A stretch of 63,693 bases of DNA, filler included, from Olpidium bornovanus S191 (Eukaryota > Fungi > Olpidiomycota), in NCBI GenBank assembly GCA_017911155.1. It is 30 parts of 30 records of this genome, joined end to end, with 100 filler letters (N's around TTAATTAATTAA, not from the genome) between each part and the next. Parts side by side here need not be neighbours in the genome. Positions count along the whole stretch, not along the records: positions 35,874 to 37,345 come from JAEFCI010007530.1; positions 37,446 to 38,756 come from JAEFCI010004863.1; positions 38,857 to 41,097 come from JAEFCI010010594.1; positions 41,198 to 43,480 come from JAEFCI010006207.1; positions 43,581 to 45,860 come from JAEFCI010002944.1; positions 45,961 to 47,638 come from JAEFCI010011809.1; positions 47,739 to 49,411 come from JAEFCI010012050.1; 23 more parts are not named here. One strand, given 5' to 3'. This document shows, piece after piece, positions 36,949 to 49,345 of this stretch. How positions within the stretch are numbered: the first letter of the stretch is position 1; every line of letters starts with the position of its first letter. The translations under genes were made by a program, and so were the position numbers. The notes below the pieces were generated by a model. It did no database searches. It saw only the letters and a list, made by a program, of their open reading frames with translations, and was not told the DNA's origin.

Positions 36949-38922
36949 CCGCTGGGCTTGGCCGGGCTGACGAAAGAGTGGGGGAGGAGTGGACCGCTGG
37001 AAGCGACCTTCAGACGGGGCGCGCCACCCGCCCTCCCCCGCGCCGTCCGGCATATATACAACTTGCCGCTGGCGGGCGGGCGGACGGAAGGGGATGGGAA
37101 GAAAAGGGGGGGGGGGGTCGTGGTTCGTCGAAGGACGAAACCGGAAACATAACCAAAAATTGTGAAAAGAAAAAAAGGGGAGGCGACAACCTCCTCTTTC
37201 TTTCTTTTTTGTTTTTTTCCCCCGCTGTGAGTTCCTCCTTCTCCGCGCAAACGGTCCCCGTCGTCCCTCTCCCTTCCCCCCTTCTTCCCCCCAGGGGAGA
37301 GGGGACGGGGGGGGGGGGGGCCTTAGGGGGGGGGAGGGGAAATGGNNNNNNNNNNNNNNNNNNNNNNNNNNNNNNNNNNNNNNNNNNNNTTAATTAATTA
37401 ANNNNNNNNNNNNNNNNNNNNNNNNNNNNNNNNNNNNNNNNNNNNCATGGAAACGCCGTTACGCAAGCAACAGCCGCTATGGACATTTTGTTTGGTGCAC
37501 GGGCGCCCGGGCGCCAACCTATCTGCCTGAGCGTTGGAGCGACTTTGTTCACTGCCCGCCTGGTGCGTGCGAGCCCGCCCCCGGTGTATTGCCACGCCAA
37601 AAACAGGAGGCTGAGTCAGCTGCGGGCTAGTCTAACGGAGAGAGTGGTGTTCGCGGACCGCGGAGTCTGTGCGCTGGCCATCGTCATCGAGCCGACCGCG
37701 GGAAAAGGAAAGGGTGTGCAGCAGTTTCCCCTGTACCCCGCCCGGCAAAAAACTTTAGCAAAAAGACAAGATCGCCCAGCATTTTTACCAGCGCCACTGC
37801 CGCCCTCGACCGACGGTGTCCTCGCTGCTTTCCCCGCCGTTGACGCCGCGGTTCCTCAAGCGTTTCCGCGCGAGGTTCCCGCCCGCCACTTGTTGAGTTC
37901 CAACCCTCGTCCTTCCAAAACTCGTCTGCGCGGAGTAACCAAACCAAAAATACAAGCAGACGTGGCATTACCGCCGTCCCCACCCCACTTCACATCTACG
38001 ACGCCGGCCCCCCCCCTCCCCCACCCCCCAGTCAAGCTGCCTCTTTCTCTCCCTCTCTCCTTCGAAATCATTCACTTTGTGGGTGTAGCGGGTGTGTGCT
38101 TTGACGTCACTCGCGCTATCAATTGCGTAAGGGTGAAGGTGGCTTCACGTGGCGGTGGAATAAAGACCCCGTCGCGATACAAAAACGGAGCCCTTCCGCC
38201 ATCTCCGCTTGAGGCCGTGCCTCATTTGACCAGAATGGGTACTGTACGACATTGCACCTTGCTTGAGTTGTCTGCTTGTGTCAAGTTTTTACTCCTTTTA
38301 ATGCAGAATGTCTGACTTGCGACCGATCCAAGGTGTTTGGGTGATCTACAGAAGGATGCGACTTGATACAGTTGGGTCGGAGCGTGGACTGTTTACGTTA
38401 CTGGGGACTATTGAGGCACGTGGCGGGGGCATAAAAATGTACTGGCCACCCACGCTACTACATAGCGCACCATAGTTCCGCACCGCCCGCTTCCGCTCTT
38501 CCCGTTTCTTCTTTCGACGATTTCACAATAGCAAAGGAAAGGGGCCAACATGGACTCGGTGTACTAACAGTGTACGCCGTAGTACTGTGGCTTTCCAAAG
38601 ATCTTGGTGTATTTTCCAAAGATGACCGTATAACAGAGTGAAGTTGTGAGGTGAAGTCTAAATAATATCAAGAAAAAATGCTAAAAAACGCTAAGAAAAC
38701 TGACAGCTCCTGCTGGGAAACTGACGGCTATTATCCAAATGCGTTTTGGAAACATGNNNNNNNNNNNNNNNNNNNNNNNNNNNNNNNNNNNNNNNNNNNN
38801 TTAATTAATTAANNNNNNNNNNNNNNNNNNNNNNNNNNNNNNNNNNNNNNNNNNNNCGCTCTTTTCTCTTCTTTTTCTTTTCTTTTTTTTTTTACAGGGA
38901 GTCTACGGTTGGGCTCATAACC

Positions 38923-39950
38923 TGTTGAATTCTTCGTTCGAAAGGAGCTCGCGGGAGCCGCTCTATTCCGGGAATCTACCCTATTTTATATAAAGGATTT
39001 CAGGGGGAAAACCCGGGTGGGCGCGGTGCACTATCTCCCCCCTGAACCCCTTTGTTTCAGGTCTCGTTTCAGCAAAGAGAGCCCCCCCCCCGCCTCTCCC
39101 CGAAAAGGGTTTTTCCCTTCGGGTGCCCTCCCTCCTCGGTCGTCTTCTCCCACCGATACTCAGCACCCCCACGCGCGATCTATCGGTAAACCGCTCCTCC
39201 CGCCGTGTACCGGTACTTTAGTAATACACATCTCAGCGCCGGTAGGACCACATCCCCCTGCCGGCGCCGACACACTGCCGATAAAACCTCTACACCCCTA
39301 TTTGCCGCTTACCCTATTCAAATGCAATACTATTCTGGTAGACATATACATGTTATCCCGTGCAGGAGTCGGCAGGTCCGAGCGCGTTTTGACCGAATAT
39401 CGACCGCTTATCGCGAACTCCCCGGGTTCTGACGCCGTGCTCGAACTATCGACTGCTGAGGACGTCGATCCCAACGTGTGGACGGGACTCACGGCCGGGG
39501 CGCTGTACCCAACGAAGCGGACAGGACCTGCCACTGATACGTTCCTGACGGAAGCCTCAACTCATTGGTCAAGCGGCACGACCGACACCAGCACTACCGA
39601 TATGGCAAACAATCAATACAGGGACCCCGTCCCGCACTACACCGACGACCTATCCCCGGACTCCAATGCCAGCCAGACGCTCCCAGGCAACGACAACGTA
39701 CAGAACTCACCCAATCTGAACGTTCAAGAACTCCTTCAAGCCCTGGGCGCGTTCTATATTGGCCAGGCACCGTCGTCCTCGGCTTCCCAGCGTACCGACC
39801 GACTCCAACGGACTCTCCAAGGCTGGATGTCAAAAAACGGTTACTTCGAGGGACCGAACGTTACCGACTTCCTGAGGATTTGGTCGAGACCCTGGAGTGG
39901 GAATGGCGCCGCGAAGAAGTCCATTGCAATCTCGGAGAAGCAAGTGGTCG
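38923..39950 (+). mobile_element. LTR retrotransposon 5' end: TG-starting LTR followed by a gag-like ORF
   Basis: TGTTGAATTC at 38923, shared with the 30599 copy; downstream MANNQYRDP...KNGYFEGPNVTDFLR resembles the F.G.NVT.FL motif of fungal Ty3 gag. Confidence 0.65.
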
Positions 39951-39981
39951 GTTTGGGAAGGGGTTGGAGGTATTGTTGGCC

Positions 39982-40760
39982 TCAAAGAACCGGCTTGTTT
40001 CCCTGGCAGGGGTCAAAGGAGCGGATCCAATTTGCCACGTCCGCTCCCATTCCCGGCCGGCAGTAGAAGCGAGTCAGCGCGAGCAGTGTTCGGCGCTGTC
40101 CGGTATGTAGGCACGCGTGAGCATCCCGAATGAGCGAGAACCTGAGGTCTGGTACAACGGGGACATAAATGCGATTTTTGTAACGGAGGACACCGTCAGT
40201 GGAGCGCCAACCTTCTATGCCGCTTTTTCCGTCACGGAGACCGTCGAGGATTGACCGAGCGAAGGTGTCAGACGGCGGCGGGGGGAAACGGAAGGGCGAA
40301 ATTATGAGCGACGCAACGGAAATAGGATCGTCTGTTGGCTGTGGCAGTTGCAGGAGCGCCGAGCATTGAAGGCAGTTTGGCATGTAGTCCGGCCGGCGTG
40401 ATAGGATATCGGCGACGGAATTTTGTTTGCCCTGGAGGTATTCGATGGACATGTCGAAGGCTTGGAGCCGCTCGATCCATGCGGCTTGGCGCCCGGGTGA
40501 GCCGGGGTTGCGTTTGCAGCCAACGGAGGGCGTGGTGGTCTGTATGTATGACAAAGGGGCGACCTTCCAGATACGGGTGGCCGACAAGAGGCATCTCGTC
40601 CATGGCGAGTAACTCCCGTTCCGTGCGTCGAGGAGTTGACTTCGTTTCAGCTTACGGGAGTCAAACAGGATCGGTTTATTGGCAGATGTCGGTTTGCCAA
40701 ACGCTCATTGGCCGATCCAGCCCCCGACGGCGTACTAAGATGCATCACAGTAGACGGTGG
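39982..40760 (-). mobile_element. Degenerate Ty3/Gypsy pol fragment (RNase H to integrase H2C2 zinc finger)
   Basis: FDSRKL, YLEGRPFVIHTDHHALRWLQTQ, WIERLQAFDMSIEYLQGKQNSVADILSRRPDY, YKNRIYVP, DAH...HTGQRRT...DPCQGNK, with frameshifts. Confidence 0.92.
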
Positions 40761-41045
40761 TGAGTTTGGCGGAATCGAAGAACTCGAGGACTGGCGCGAC
40801 GGTTAGGGCGTGTTGGAGGTGACGAACGGCGGTTGCGAATCGCCATTGCCCATGTCCGCCCCCAAGACAATTTTCCTTCCCCTCGTTCTTACGGGCTCGC
40901 GGGCGTTCCTCTGCGTCGGCGCATTTTTCGGCCTGGCTCCAATCTCCCCTACCTCCTCACACGCACGCACACACACACTCGAACCCCGCCCGCCGCAGGC
41001 ACCGTCACAAAAAAAAAAAAAAAAAAAAAACTCGCCCGCCCCCAA

Positions 41046-41088
<43 letters not shown>

Positions 41089-41800
41089 AGCCAAAACNNN
41101 NNNNNNNNNNNNNNNNNNNNNNNNNNNNNNNNNNNNNNNNNTTAATTAATTAANNNNNNNNNNNNNNNNNNNNNNNNNNNNNNNNNNNNNNNNNNNNCAT
41201 GAATTCCTCGTCAACCGAGATCGTTCGGTGACAGACAGCTCTTAACTTTGTTCCTCGTAGTTTCCGAGGGTTATGACATTCGCGATGGGACCTTTTTTTC
41301 TTACAGGACCCGGCTATTCAACGTGCGCGGAGTTTTGGTGAGGTTGTTGTGATATCTGCAAATCAAATTAAGACGCTTCTTTAAGTCTTCCCAGTCAGCC
41401 TCTGAAGAGAGCGTTTTGTAAGGACAGAACAATGCTCCGCCGAGCTGCCCCGTTTGAGGCTCACCACAAAACAATCTAATGTAGGCCGGAAGACAACCTT
41501 CGTCCTCCCCCCTCCCCCCGACCCCGCATACATCGCTTTCGATACGACAGTTTGGACGTCAGACACTTCCGGTTGATCTACCAGTGAAGAAGCACTTCGG
41601 CGCAGAATTGACAAAAACGGAAGCGGCGAAGAAGACATTGTTCGCACGATCTGAAGCAAAAGTCGGCGGGCAATTCAAAAGTTTTCGCACAATTATGCAC
41701 CTCGCAAATTGCAGCGTTCGCCGGAGGGAGGAGGTGGGGGGCGGTGGGGGGTTGGTTGCGCTCTGCTCTGCAAACTCGTACTTCGATGCGTCGCAAGCTC

Positions 41801-43132
41801 TCACTGTTGCTGCACGCCTTCAGCCTTTCCCGGCAACTCAAAGACGAGCAGCTCGACCGGTTTCCCGTCAGCAGCCGCCTCGACGGCGCGGATCTCCAGT
41901 ACGGTCGGCGCGTCCGTTCCGAGGCCGGTGACGAACGCGGCGTCTCCGGACGCTAGCTCCGCGTTCGCGTCCCCGCCGCCGGGAACGCCGAGGCGGACCT
42001 TCCCTCCAGTGTCGACCACGTGCACGTAGGCCCTTCTCGGCGTGGCCGCGCCGGGCCCGGCGTTCGCCGCGAGAGTGACGGACTGCCCGCTCTCGAGGAG
42101 ACAGGCGTACGTGTACATGTCCGCCTCGAGACCGATCGCGTCGAGCTCTCGCGCCCGCGCTTTTGGCACCACAATAGGCAGCAGCCTGTTCAGCTTTCTG
42201 TCGTCCGAGAAGCGCTTCGTCTCGTAACGGCAAGGTAGATTATTGACCCCGGGGTCGGACCAGATCTGAAGGAATTTCACGGCGTCGACCTGTTCTTCGT
42301 TTTCCTCGCTGTGAGAGAGGCCTGCGTCCGGATGGAGTCAGCAAGTTGCTCGGAAGTTGTTTTCTTTTGCCGCCTTTAACCCAGGGAAAACGCATTTTCG
42401 GTGGCGTGCCTTGTCCCGCACTCGTGAATTGGACATCTCCGCGTTCCAGCCTCTCGACGTTCCCAAGCGCTGCAGGCGCCGAGGTTTTCGTTGCCAGCGT
42501 AAGCATTACCTTTGAAAGTTAGGCGGCGACCCAACAAAGCAGGGCCTCTCCCAGGGTCAAAATTACTCACAGTCGCGGTGCGTGAGTCTGCCGGACACGA
42601 CGTATGTGTAGATCTCAAACCTCTTGTGGGGGTGTTTACCGAAACCGCGCCCTGGACAACCGCCCAGTGAGAAAAAGCTGGCAGCAGAGATCAAAAAACA
42701 AAAACGGCGCGGACCAGACCTGCCTGGACCCAGTCTTCGTTCACCACCCGAAGCGGCCCAAATTGCTCAAAATTCGGGTCGTCTGCCAGTGACGCGGTGC
42801 AGTTTTAAGTCGGCGCGTTACGCAGCCGAACCCCCCACCGAGTCCGGCCGGAGCCGACGCACGACGTACAGTAATCGGCGAACGAGAACGTATGGTACGT
42901 CTGCGTGCGGGTGAGGGGCGGGAACACAGTGAGGCGAACTGCACGCCGCGTTGAGGCCACTTCGCCGCGCGCGGTATTTTGCAGAGTGGGGAGAAAGGAT
43001 GGCGCTGACAACCCGCACCTTCAGCCAGCCGTGGTCTGCGTAGCCCCTCGTGCGGCTGGGACGCGCGTAGACCGCCAGCTTCCCGGGAACGTTCTCCAAG
43101 GACTCGACGCTTTGCGTGACACGTTGGGCCAT
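41801..43132 (-). CDS. Pirin-family bicupin (YhhW/YhaK-like), apparently complete, 6 exons
   Basis: RGYADHGWLK|TYHTFSFADY|YDPNFEQFGPLRVVNEDWV|GFGKHPHKRFEIYTYVVSGRLTHRD|SLGN...VQFTSAGQ|GLSHSE...FLQIW. Confidence 0.93.
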
Positions 43133-43580
43133 GGGTGCGCACCTTGTTTTGCTCGTATGGCCTGCGTCCGGCGGGTGGCGTTAACGATGGCTGGTTCCGT
43201 TGAGGGTTTGCTCGCCGCCCTCTCCCCGCCTTCAATTTTTTTTTTATTTCTCTCGAAAAAAACCGGCCTCCTCCCCACCCCTCCCTCTCCTATCCCGCCG
43301 CGGCCCCGAAGCGGACGGGGAATTACGATTCACGCGTGAAGCAGGACACGGTCGGTTCTGCCATGGTTCAAAAGGGCTCCAACCGGAGTTGAACAGCGAA
43401 TGTTTTGGCTCCCCTGTACCGTGGCGCGAATTTTTTTTTTTTGGCGTACTTCAACGGCTGTTTTATCCCTGGCTGTTTCANNNNNNNNNNNNNNNNNNNN
43501 NNNNNNNNNNNNNNNNNNNNNNNNTTAATTAATTAANNNNNNNNNNNNNNNNNNNNNNNNNNNNNNNNNNNNNNNNNNNN

Positions 43581-44800
43581 CAATGGAAATTCCCTCCTCC
43601 TCCAGGATGCCATGCACACACCGACGTTCCGGATGCCGTTGTTCCCCATCCCCGCGGCAACGTACAACGGGCTAGACGTACTGTTCAAAGCGGACGGGAG
43701 GTCCTACGTCACGCATAATGAAACAATAGGCGCCACGGCAACACGGTGGAACACGGCAACAATCGTGACCGACTGTTCTACCTGGATGCCACGCCGGGGA
43801 CCATTGACAACGACGACGGCGCCATGGCCGCCCACGAAGAATGCGGTGAGTAAGAAAAATGGCACGCCAGACTAGGACACCTAGGAGAAGCCAATTTACG
43901 ACTACTTCAACAACAGTCACATAAAAAAATCAAAGCGGTACACTTCAACCTGCCAACAAAGCTGTGCGAACCCTGTCAACTCGGGAAACAGACAAGGCGG
44001 CCTCACCCGCCGTCAAACGTAAACAAAGAAGATGACCATACCATACACGTCAATTTGACCGGCCCCTACCCACCATCCATACACGGGAACAGGTACGCAC
44101 TCACCTACGTAGGGCGCAAACGCCTGGCTAGAGGCTACTTCCTTCCAACAAAGGCAGTCCCAAGAACAACAAGCGCTCTCCTGGATTTTCTCCCATTCGC
44201 CGAGAAGCACGGATGGACAATATAAACCCACCGCTCGGATTGAGGTGGGGAATTCATGGGAAACGAATATATTAAGACGCTCCGAGACCATGGGATTCGC
44301 ATCGAGACAACCATCCGCAATACCCCGCAACAGAACGGAGTGGCCAAAAGGATCAATCGAACCCTGGAAGATCGTGCCCGCGTGGTCATGATAACAAGCA
44401 AACTCCCGGCAAAGCTTTGGGACAAAGTGTGAGGCAGCATGATCTACCTCTACAACCGCTCACCTCATAGAAGCCTCAATGGCAAGATCTCGCTCTGCGC
44501 GTTCAAACGACGCGAACCCGACATGCCGATACGCCTGGATCACTTCCAAATCATCAGCAGCACAGCATGCGCACACATTCTCAAACAGGACTGCAATACG
44601 GAAAATTGGCAAGCTGGTGCCCACAGAGGAGAAGCTTATCATGGTCGGCTATTCCCCTACCAGCAAGGGATATCGCCTCTGGAACCCGACAAATGACCAA
44701 GTCATTGAACGGTACAACGTAACAGTCGACGAGTCGCAACCGTACGAAGGGTCACAACCGTACAGCGGACAATTGCCACCAGACATCCTATCGACCAGCG
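43581..44800 (+). mobile_element. Decayed Ty1/Copia pol (protease tail, GAG-pre-integrase, integrase)
   Basis: WHARLGHLG, CEPCQLGKQTR, IHVNLTGP, RSD*GGEF, TPQQNGVAKRINRTL, YLYNRSP, IMVGYSPTSKGYRLWNP; in-frame stops at 44223, 44241 and 44430. Confidence 0.95.
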
Positions 44801-45200
44801 GAGAACCACCAATGGCGGATCGCATCCTCACATACAAATACACTTGGCTGGAAAGCAGCTCAAGTTCAAGCTACAACGCGCAGGATCAACGCAAACCACC
44901 TGGGAGATCCCGAAGACATATCACCGGAACTCGTGCAAAAGTTCTGCTAGAAACACAGACTGCTGGTGTCAAGGAATATAACCTTCCCTCGAGGGGTTGC
45001 AGGATGGCGGGATGGCTAGGGCCCTTGCTGCGGGGGCCGCTAGCGACGACGGTATGCGGGACGTCCCTCTCTTCCCCCCCCCGAGGCGCCCTACCACACC
45101 CTCCAGCGTCCGTGCCGACCAACTCCCTTTGGTGGACCCTTCAAAGAGGGACACGGCGCTCGGCTATCTCGGCTCTTCCCCTACTTCTCCTCCCTTTGCT

Positions 45201-45363
45201 GCCTCCGCCTCGTTCCAGGGAGCGCGCCGACGCCGTTCGCAGGCGCCGCGGTCGCAAGGCAGCCGAAGGCGGGTGAGCTCGATGCCTCCGCCTCGTTCCA
45301 AGAAGCGCGCCGACGCCGTTCGTGGGCGCCGCGGTCGCAAGGCAGCCGAAGGCGGGTGAGCTC
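45201..45363. repeat. 83-bp tandem duplication
   Basis: gcctccgcctcgttcca...gaaggcgggtgagctc at 45201 and 45284, with a few mismatches. Confidence 0.95.
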
Positions 45364-45960
45364 AAATCGTTTGTTTATTATTCCTCTGGGAGGTTTATGC
45401 GCAAGGAAAAAGAGCTACGGAGTGCTGCTGTTGTTGTTGTTGTTGGGGGTTTTTTCTCTCTGGCAGGACTCTGCCACCGCTCGGCCGCGTGCGACCAAGC
45501 GAACCCTTTTCCGACAGCCGCCCCCTCTCGCGGCCCCAACCCTTGGGCGCCGGGAGAACAAATGACAGATGCAAAACAAAAACAAGGAAAAGGTGAAAAA
45601 GAAAGGACAAAAGCAGGAGAGACCAACGGAGGAGTGTAATTGTTTTGTGTGTCCCTCCCGTCCTCTCCTCGACGTTCTCGCAGAACGTTCGGGTCTCGTT
45701 GGTCTCGAAGATGAGGTGTGGTCCAGCGCTATCCGGCTATCGTGAGCCAAACGTGCGAACGGAAGCGATGGTGTGTGTAATCCCCTTCCGTGTGTCGTGT
45801 GCTAGTTTCTCCGTGGGTGCCGGTTCGCCGTCATCAACGCGCCCCACGATGGCCTCCCCCNNNNNNNNNNNNNNNNNNNNNNNNNNNNNNNNNNNNNNNN
45901 NNNNTTAATTAATTAANNNNNNNNNNNNNNNNNNNNNNNNNNNNNNNNNNNNNNNNNNNN

Positions 45961-46081
45961 CATGAGCCGGCTCTTCGTAGTCTGGATCAACGGCCGACAA
46001 GAAGGAACGAAAGGCGTCCATGTCGCTGTAACCCAACGGCCGAAAAGCAATGACGAACCGGCGCAGATACCAACTTATATC
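45961..46081 (-). mobile_element. Possible hAT/ZBED transposase fragment
   Basis: After an AG acceptor: DISWYLRRFVIAFRPLGYSDMDAFRSFLSAVDPDYEEPAH, resembling the hAT RP.S.VE..GFR.L....DP.Y..P segment; cut by the contig end. Confidence 0.4.
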
Positions 46082-47738
46082 CTTTACGTCGAAAAGTCGT
46101 TTTTTGGCGACGAAGGCCTGGACCGCGCTCCGTAGTTCTGCGGCCCGCAGCTGAGCAGCCAGAGCTGTTGAGGGGCGTCCCGCCGGGGTCAGTCATAAGG
46201 GACACGTGGTTGCCGAGCGGCACGCCGCGGCGTCACAAAGGGCAACCGAGTGCGAAAAAAAAAACGACGAGGTTGGAGCCACCGCGATCTGCCGGTCACG
46301 CGTGCGCTCGTAAACGGGAAACTGGGATAGACCGCCAATCTATGTCGGGCGGTTGGTGCCCCGACAGAACATTCCAACCCAGATACAGTTACGGCCCCGG
46401 GAACTTCGAGATGCGGCGCGGTGAGGGGCGGAGAGGAGCCGGAGCGCGCGGTTGAAAACACGCGCGGGAACAGGGGGGAGGAGCAGGCCCCGCGCGCGGC
46501 CGCTGCGTCCAGCCGTTCCGCGCGGGACCGTTGAGCTGCGCTCGCGGCAGCACGGAGAGGAGCAGTTGTGACGGACGCGAGATAGAGCGCGCTGTGATCT
46601 TCTGCCTTTGGGGGCGGGCGGCGGGCCTTTGGAAGGCGGGGTCCACCGTGGTCTGGTTCCCTCTCTCCGCCATCGATAACGCAGGCGAAAGTTTCCCCTT
46701 CACGAGGACACGACGGAGAAGCGAGGATCACATCGACGCCACACCGCAGTCGACCGGCGTGCAAAGAGACGTTTTCCTTCCGCCGCGGCGCCTTCGGCAA
46801 GGCGAGGCTTCAAGGCGGAAACAGAAATGGGGGGGAGGGGGGGGGGATACGGAGCCAAGTCCGAACGAGTCGACTGGTGGCGCCGATGAGGATAAGACGC
46901 CGTTCTGTCGACAGAGGAATCGATGGGTGCGCCAGCTGCGATGTCGACGGCGTAACAAAGTGACGGCATCGACGGGCGCGCGTCGAGGAGCCAACGCGCG
47001 TGTCGCTAAAGCAGACGGCCCCGCAGAAATTGTACGATTTGACAGGTTATTCCCGAACCGTTCAGGTTTGCGTCTTTCGAGATGTTCTCCCCCCAGAAGC
47101 GAAGATGCACCTTTGGTGTGCCTGGTGGTAGTCACGTGACCGGAGTCCTAAGCTTCCGCCGGTCGTCCTCGTGCTCCCGAAGGCGACGGCAACTGAAGTC
47201 ACCCCCTTCTCCCTCACCGCCCACGAACCTCAACCATAAATCCTCCCCCGGCGTCCAGAACCACCGCCCGCTTGCCGGAGGCATTGCCTGCCCATCAACC
47301 AGCCCCAGGGGCTGTCGAGTCGGGGCCTCAGTCGATTCGTCGACGTGATTGGAGAGGCGGTTTGGCGCTGGGAAAGAGGGATGGATCGACAGGCGTAACG
47401 GCAAGGGAAAACGCTGTTGAATGGTCGGTTGACCGGAGCATCTGCAACGGGTGTCTCTAAGGTAGCTTTCGTATGGACGACTGGTTGCCCCCGGCGGGCC
47501 ACCCCCGCTGCTGCTTTCCATGTTTACGGAAGCGGCCTTCGGCGGCTGTGACTCCGCAGCGGGAACTGTGGTATATCGCAAGAGATTAGAGGTACCAACG
47601 GGAGGGGTTACCCGCCCGCTTCCACCGAAATGTGAGAGNNNNNNNNNNNNNNNNNNNNNNNNNNNNNNNNNNNNNNNNNNNNTTAATTAATTAANNNNNN
47701 NNNNNNNNNNNNNNNNNNNNNNNNNNNNNNNNNNNNNN

Positions 47739-47890
47739 CATGCAGTGAGGCGGGGTGTTGGAAAGAATAGCAGAGGGGGAGGCATAGTAAAGGGGCACTG
47801 CGCACTCTCCGCCCCTGGACCGTAGCTTCCCGTACATATAGAGTAAACAAAGGCGGCGGAAAATACATTTCCGGCAGAGCTGAGCTCACT
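47739..47890 (-). mobile_element. Diverged copy of the LTR-like family
   Basis: Shares gcagtgaggcggggtg with ~30435-30450, plus gcgcagtgc and ctccccc blocks in the same order. Confidence 0.5.
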
Positions 47891-48199
47891 CCAAAAGAAA
47901 TCCGGCGTTCTTCAGGGCGGACGGTTTATTTCGTGGAAAGATGGAATATATCATGCAGTACAGAAATTGACATTTTAACAGGCGAAACGCGCGGCCCACA
48001 GGTGCACTGAACAGAGAGCCTTAGGCGCCTGCGGGCAGGGTCCACACACAGCACGGAGGCCCCCTCGTATCAGGGGAGCAGGTCAAAATGGAAGACTTCC
48101 TCTCGCACCGCCACCTCCACAAAGAAGAAAAAAAAAAAAAAAAAAAGGCCCGCCGCCGCCGCCGCGCGCGCCTTCCGGTCCAACGAACCAAGTCCCGCC

Positions 48200-49345
48200 A
48201 TGATCACCGCCGACTCGCTCGTGAGCGAAGTCCTGGCCGAGCCGGACCCGTGCGAGCTGGACAAGAAGCTGTCGACGGCGGGCGTCCGCGGTGCGTTGGT
48301 GGACTTGCAGAAGCCCTTCACTGCGACCGCCGCCCCAGGACTTCCGTCAGCTGAGGACGCCAGTGGGGGCAGCACGCCGGCTCCGCAGGGCAATGACGGC
48401 AGCCTCGCGGACCCGCTTGACGCGCTTTCGCCGAGCGAGCATTCCCTGGGCTACCTGCACTTTCTGTACGGAGCGGAAGTGGCTGGACATTTCGCAGCGG
48501 GACGCGTCTCCAGTGCCGGTGTACCGACGGCTTCTGCCGTGCTAACGAGCGGGCCTCCACTCGCCAGCCATGCCCGCGTCGCAACCGTCCAGATCCCGAT
48601 GACCAACGACCCTTACCCGCTTCTCCGAAGGATCGCAACGTTCCTATGCAGCTTCGACCCCCGACAGGTCAGAGTGGCTCCAAGAAAAAGTGAGAGCTCC
48701 GATTCGCGTCTGAGTGGAAACACGCCCTTCCTTTCCCGGACATTACTCGCGGGGCGGAGGCGAACAGTTACCGGCGGCGATATATCCGCTCACTGAACTC
48801 GCCTCGTCATCGTTGGTCGCGCGCCTGTTTCACGCTGCTTGTCGGCGGTTTGGATAGTGGTTGAACTCTGCAAAGACTTCTCGCACTTGTGCCACATGGC
48901 GGGCGCGGTGAGTCCCACGGCCGCCCGACCTGTCCACGGTGCTCTCGGCTGTCTCCTTTGCGCTGGTCTCACAAGGAGTTTTACGTCAGGCGCTGTTCGG
49001 GATCAAACCGCTTGTCGCAGCTCTCCGAGCTTTTGCACCGTCCCCAGCGCACATTACCGGGTTGCACACAGTCGTCATCAAGGTAGCTCCAAAATCCAGG
49101 TGGCCGCATTGTCCACTGCAGGGTGCTGCGCTGGTACAACCTAAAATACCTACTCTGTTGTCCAGCATATCCTTGCTGCCAAGATGTATCGGCAAGCCAT
49201 CTCAATTCTGCGACACCGTATTACGGAGATCGAACCAGACAGCCTGCACGTCAACGTCACCGACTACTTACAATACCATTATTATGCCGGCATGGTGAAC
49301 ATCGGTCTGAAGAAGTTCCGGGACGCTGCGTCGATGTTCATTGCG
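48200..49345 (+). CDS. CSN3: COP9 signalosome subunit 3, N-terminal part
   Basis: LSPSEHSLGYLHFL, FLCSFDPRQVRVAP, HITGLHTVVIK, DYLQYHYYAGMVNIGLKKF. Confidence 0.85.

Noticed and set aside
47132-47581. RWFWTPGEDLWLR as a Myb/SANT domain
   Set aside because: No later Myb helices could be assembled in any frame or splice option.
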